Positions 60,302 to 64,000 of a stretch of 64,000 nucleotides of DNA are shown here, one piece after another. The position numbers and the translations under genes are program-made. The notes under the pieces were generated by a model. It made no database searches and was not told the origin of the DNA. It saw only the letters and a program-made list of their open reading frames with translations. This DNA is from an uncultured Ectothiorhodospiraceae bacterium (GTDB lineage: Bacteria > Pseudomonadota > Gammaproteobacteria > S012-40). The stretch lies in contig CALZJE010000008.1 in NCBI GenBank assembly GCA_945787715.1, positions 24,367 to 88,366 on the forward strand. Reading direction: 5' to 3'. How positions within the stretch are numbered: the first letter of the stretch is position 1; every line of letters starts with the position of its first letter.

Positions 60302-61762
60302 TTAATGATGGCCTGCATGTGGGTCTTCTGTTGAGACATGTGATTCATGATCGTGATCAGCAATAACCACGTCACTGCCGCCGTGTAAGTCATTCAACGC
60401 CACGCCACCATCATGTTTGTTGGAGCCTGGCGAACCTGCAAAAACACTGTGTTCGTCACTCGCCACAAAAGCACCATATTCAGCACTGGATATATTCTGA
60501 GGGAAAGCTTTAACAGCTTCTGCCACAGTTAATTCTTTTGTGGCATCTTCAACCAATAAATCTTCACCATGGAATAGATATACGTTACCAGTGATCAGTG
60601 ATTTTCCATCTGCTCCGCCATCAGCCCATTTAGCACCCACGAGTATGTCATGCGTTCCGTTGCCATCTACATCGGGTAGAACTTTTATTGATGAGGCAAA
60701 TTTATCATTAGCAGTTGCACCTACAACTTTAACTAATCGATAATCGATATTGTCTTCAAAATATTCTGACGGAAGATCATCTCCACCTTTGAAAATATAA
60801 AAACTGCCGGTGTTATCATAAACCGTTGGAGCACTGCGACGAGGATTGCCTACAATAATATCGCCAAAACCGTCGCCGTTCATATCGCCTGCAAAAGCAA
60901 TCGTATATCCGAATCCGGAGCCGCCATGAGCCCCTCCATCGCTACGTATTTTTACATCAGGTGTTGGATCAGTTTCAATCTTGGTTTTAAGATTTGTGCC
61001 ACCATAATATATAAACACTTTGGCATGACCATCCATTATAATATCAGCAATCCCATCGCCGTTAACATCACCGGTATCCACTGCCTTACCGACACTGGCA
61101 TTGATCTTGTCACCCTGAATAATTACATCAGGTTGGTCTGAAAGTGTAGCTCCGCCAAAAAACACGTAAACAGCACCGGCTTGGAACTCTTCATGGAAAG
61201 TATAAGGTGCAGTAACGATGGCATCATTGATCCCGTCTCCGTTCACATCACCACCGGAAATAGCAAAACCAAATTTATCAAATGAATTTTCGCCTTTGAG
61301 TTTCGCCAGCAGATTAGGTGGGTTTTTACCACCTTGGTAGACATAGACGGCACCACTGATACTTGCTTGTCCTTCTGCATTGATTGCCCCTATGGCGAAG
61401 TCATCAATAGTATCACCATTGACATCACCCAAATTGGCGAACGAAAATCCGTAATAATCACCCGCATTTTCACCGGGTAAATAACTATTGATAGTTGCTG
61501 CTGGATTATTTGCATAATCAAGATAAATCAATGCTGCCCCAGATTTTTCACTGGAGGGTTTTGCTTCTGGTGCACCAACGATGAGATCCATCTTTCCATC
61601 TGCATTAATATCGATAATATCACCAGATGTTCCGGTGCGACTGGTTGTTAAATTAATAACACTGGATTTTGCCAGCGGATTACCATCTTCATTACTAGAA
61701 TCACTGTTGCAGGCAACGATAAGACTCGATAGCAAAATGCTTACACTGACTTGCTTGTACAC
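60302..61762 (-). CDS. FG-GAP repeat (integrin-alpha-like beta-propeller) lipoprotein with a His-rich C-terminal tail
   Basis: Lipobox LIVAC. Six or seven repeats of D/N-x-D/N-G-D-G-x-x-D calcium-binding FG-GAP loops (GDVNGDGINDAIV, GDMNGDGFGDIIV, ...). C-terminus ADHDHESHVSTEDPHAGHH. Confidence 0.7.
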   Translation of the reverse strand: MYKQVSVSILLSSLIVACNSDSSNEDGNPLAKSSVINLTTSRTGTSGDIIDINADGKMDLIVGAPEAKPSSEKSGAALIYLDYANNPAATINSYLPGENAGDYYGFSFANLGDVNGDTIDDFAIGAINAEGQASISGAVYVYQGGKNPPNLLAKLKGENSFDKFGFAISGGDVNGDGINDAIVTAPYTFHEEFQAGAVYVFFGGATLSDQPDVIIQGDKINASVGKAVDTGDVNGDGIADIIMDGHAKVFIYYGGTNLKTKIETDPTPDVKIRSDGGAHGGSGFGYTIAFAGDMNGDGFGDIIVGNPRRSAPTVYDNTGSFYIFKGGDDLPSEYFEDNIDYRLVKVVGATANDKFASSIKVLPDVDGNGTHDILVGAKWADGGADGKSLITGNVYLFHGEDLLVEDATKELTVAEAVKAFPQNISSAEYGAFVASDEHSVFAGSPGSNKHDGGVALNDLHGGSDVVIADHDHESHVSTEDPHAGHH

Positions 61763-62394
61763 GAATACCCCCTTTGCTATTTTGTTTAGAAATCATCCTG
61801 GAGCCTGCCCGAGAATAGAAGGACTCCTGGTTTTGGATTAAAAGTATTCTATTCTCAGAACAATAGGTTGTCGTGTGGCATATTGCCGCGCGTGACAATT
61901 TGCCGCATGTGTTTGTGCATTGAGCTCAATAACGCGAAAACTTATATCGTGTACAAACTTCAAGGTTATTAATCGTTAAATTTTGACTGAAACGTTTATT
62001 GAAAAAGAAGACTATTATTACGCCAGCAAAATGTTGATCACATTTAGATTGGAGTGAAATCAACAATAAATGCTAACAACGATTTTTCGCCAAAGGCTAA
62101 TATTTATGTATGGTTAGTATAAATGTTATATGCTTGAGCTGGTATTTATTTTAGAAATCAAGTTGTCGCTATTGCTGCTGATCCAGCAAAATCCAAGGGC
62201 AATCTTTCATATACAATGCTTGGGTAGATGAATGGTGCTGGATTTTGTGATTTAGATAAGGATATGGAGCTCAAAATATCAATTGATGTTTGATCAATAT
62301 CTTAAGTCGTTAAAGTTACTTTCAGTTGCTGGGCAAGTGTGCAATTGAACGCTAGAGTCCTCTAAGTACAACACTATTAGCTTGCTTGCCTCAT

Positions 62395-63936
62395 CTAAAA
62401 TGGAAATAAAGTTAAATCTACTGCAATAAAAAAATGTGCTCGCATGACAGAAATATCTCTATCACTTTCATCCTCCAATAGTTTTGGTGTGGCTGACACA
62501 CCAAAACCGATAATGCTTGGGCCGTTTAGATGAAATGTTCCATAAATCCCTGGTGATAGTAACTGCATAAGTTTGACTTTTTCCTGTGAGTCATAATCGC
62601 TAGATCGCCACGCGACGACCGTACCTAAATCGATAGCAGACAAAAAAACGCCTCCAGAGCGAAACCATTTATTGCCATCAGTAATGCCCATGCTCCTTGC
62701 TAACCAATTATTTTCTGGAAAAGGAATACTCATGTGTAAACCAAACGGTACAAAAATACTTCTCACTAAGCTTTTAGAGGCGTCATCAGATTGTCTATTC
62801 GTATAACGCTCCATTCCTATTGCTAGTCCAGCAAATGCTGTAAATGACGTCATTTTTCGTCTGAACTTCATTTTATAGCTACCGACAGGGGCAGCGGCGG
62901 CTTGAATAACTGTTGCTACTTCTTGTGTAGATTGTGCACTAGCAAGTTCTGTTATAAATGGAATTGAGGCCTTCACTACGTTCATGGATTTTTTATCAAA
63001 ATGAGGTGAAACAGAGGTTGAATTCAATATTTCCAAGCCTGCCATTGCCATTTCCACTCGATCATGTGTTAAATATGCAGAGCCAAAGCGAAATATTTCT
63101 CTTACCTTCATGGCTTTACCCGCTAACTCTGAGAGTTGCTCAGGAGTAGCATTAAATTTTAAGATGTTATCGTGTTGATAACGATTAAAGCGGCGGGTGA
63201 TATCAGCTATTAGAGTCAGCGTTTCTTCCAAGGCAACAGTGCGTGCAATGATACTTTGTTTTGGGTCAATAATTTTATTTTGAAAATCTGTTGATTCACC
63301 TTTCGCACTACGAGTCTGTTGAATAATTTCCACAACATGTGGAAAAAAATGTGAAATTTCACTTCCTAATGCTTCCAGTTCTCGATCCTCCAGGCATTGA
63401 TCCTTGGATGCACTACATACTATTGAAAGGCGAGGTTTACTATTTTTGCGGAATAAAAGTTGCTCATCTAATGTTAATAATGCACCTGCTAATTGGAATC
63501 CATGAGTTATATTGTCACTTTGTAGCGAAGTATTAGCCTCTACAGCGTGAATAATGACAGCTGCTGTTCGCATAAGTGCAACCATGTTTTCACATTCCTC
63601 ATCATCACCACAAAAATTCAGCATAGTAACCGCACGTATAAAATCTAATGCTGGTAATCCTCTGCGTGTTTCACGATAAGCTGCAAGAGCCACCCGAAAC
63701 CCATTGACACTTACATTATTGTGAATAAATTGCTTTTTTTGGGCATAAAATTCATCGTCTGGATTTTTTTCGTAAAATTTATAACTTAAATACGCATGGC
63801 GGAAGGCAACATCTGGAATGTTTTCTAGATCAATCTTGGCTGCTGTCCTTAAATATGAACCTACAGAAGTTAATGAAAAACCGTAAATTTGTGATTTAAA
63901 TACTTCACATAAATTTTCAAAATATTCCTTAACCAA
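62395..63936 (-). CDS. Large hypothetical protein (at least 513 aa), probably 5'-truncated by the window edge
   Basis: Long uninterrupted ORF. The track start is a TTG, and the frame stays open to base 64000. No recognisable domain. Confidence 0.4.
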   Translation of the reverse strand: MVKEYFENLCEVFKSQIYGFSLTSVGSYLRTAAKIDLENIPDVAFRHAYLSYKFYEKNPDDEFYAQKKQFIHNNVSVNGFRVALAAYRETRRGLPALDFIRAVTMLNFCGDDEECENMVALMRTAAVIIHAVEANTSLQSDNITHGFQLAGALLTLDEQLLFRKNSKPRLSIVCSASKDQCLEDRELEALGSEISHFFPHVVEIIQQTRSAKGESTDFQNKIIDPKQSIIARTVALEETLTLIADITRRFNRYQHDNILKFNATPEQLSELAGKAMKVREIFRFGSAYLTHDRVEMAMAGLEILNSTSVSPHFDKKSMNVVKASIPFITELASAQSTQEVATVIQAAAAPVGSYKMKFRRKMTSFTAFAGLAIGMERYTNRQSDDASKSLVRSIFVPFGLHMSIPFPENNWLARSMGITDGNKWFRSGGVFLSAIDLGTVVAWRSSDYDSQEKVKLMQLLSPGIYGTFHLNGPSIIGFGVSATPKLLEDESDRDISVMRAHFFIAVDLTLFPF

Positions 63937-64000
63937 ATTCCTATTATTATCAATGTTTATATTTTCAGTATCGCTTAGCTTTTTAGAGGTATATTGGACT

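Overview
This 64-kb window is an AT-rich gammaproteobacterial chromosome segment. Gene order resembles Pseudomonas/Legionella-type genomes (asd-fimV) and Escherichia (uvrC-pgsA-tRNA Gly-Cys-Leu). Housekeeping blocks are: the prkA(yeaG)-yeaH-spoVR(ycgB) stress operon; hpf followed by an orphan flagellar sigma factor fliA; a LysR regulator divergent from leuC-leuD-leuB-asd-fimV-gltX; a tRNA-Ala/Glu/Glu cluster; bcp; acs; udg(family 4)-uvrC-pgsA; tRNA-Gly/Cys/Leu; mnmC; and mogA. Between these sit accessory regions. (1) A small HigB/HigA toxin-antitoxin islet lies downstream of a duplicated tRNA-Glu and is bounded by a 22-nt repeat of the tRNA 3' end. (2) A minus-strand cluster fuses the AmmeMemoRadiSam pair (MEMO1-like, AMMECR1-like, with the radical SAM gene divergent) to an orphan FliK-like/FlhB-C-terminal-like pair. 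Two perfect sigma-28 -10 boxes (GCCGATAA) sit in front of it. (3) There are several giant predicted surface lipoproteins: pentapeptide-repeat plus Calx-beta-like, delta-60/beta-propeller repeat, and FN3-repeat plus internalin-type LRR, as well as an autotransporter. (4) A tightly packed five-gene minus-strand operon encodes an FG-GAP lipoprotein, a dihaem c-type protein, a TlpA thioredoxin, a DUF4266-like CGC-tailed lipoprotein and a DUF3570-like outer-membrane barrel. This looks like an uncharacterised envelope redox/metal system and is the best candidate for something new here. No rRNA, CRISPR array, transposase or integrase was recognised. All calls are from reading the translations and sequence by eye; no searches were run.
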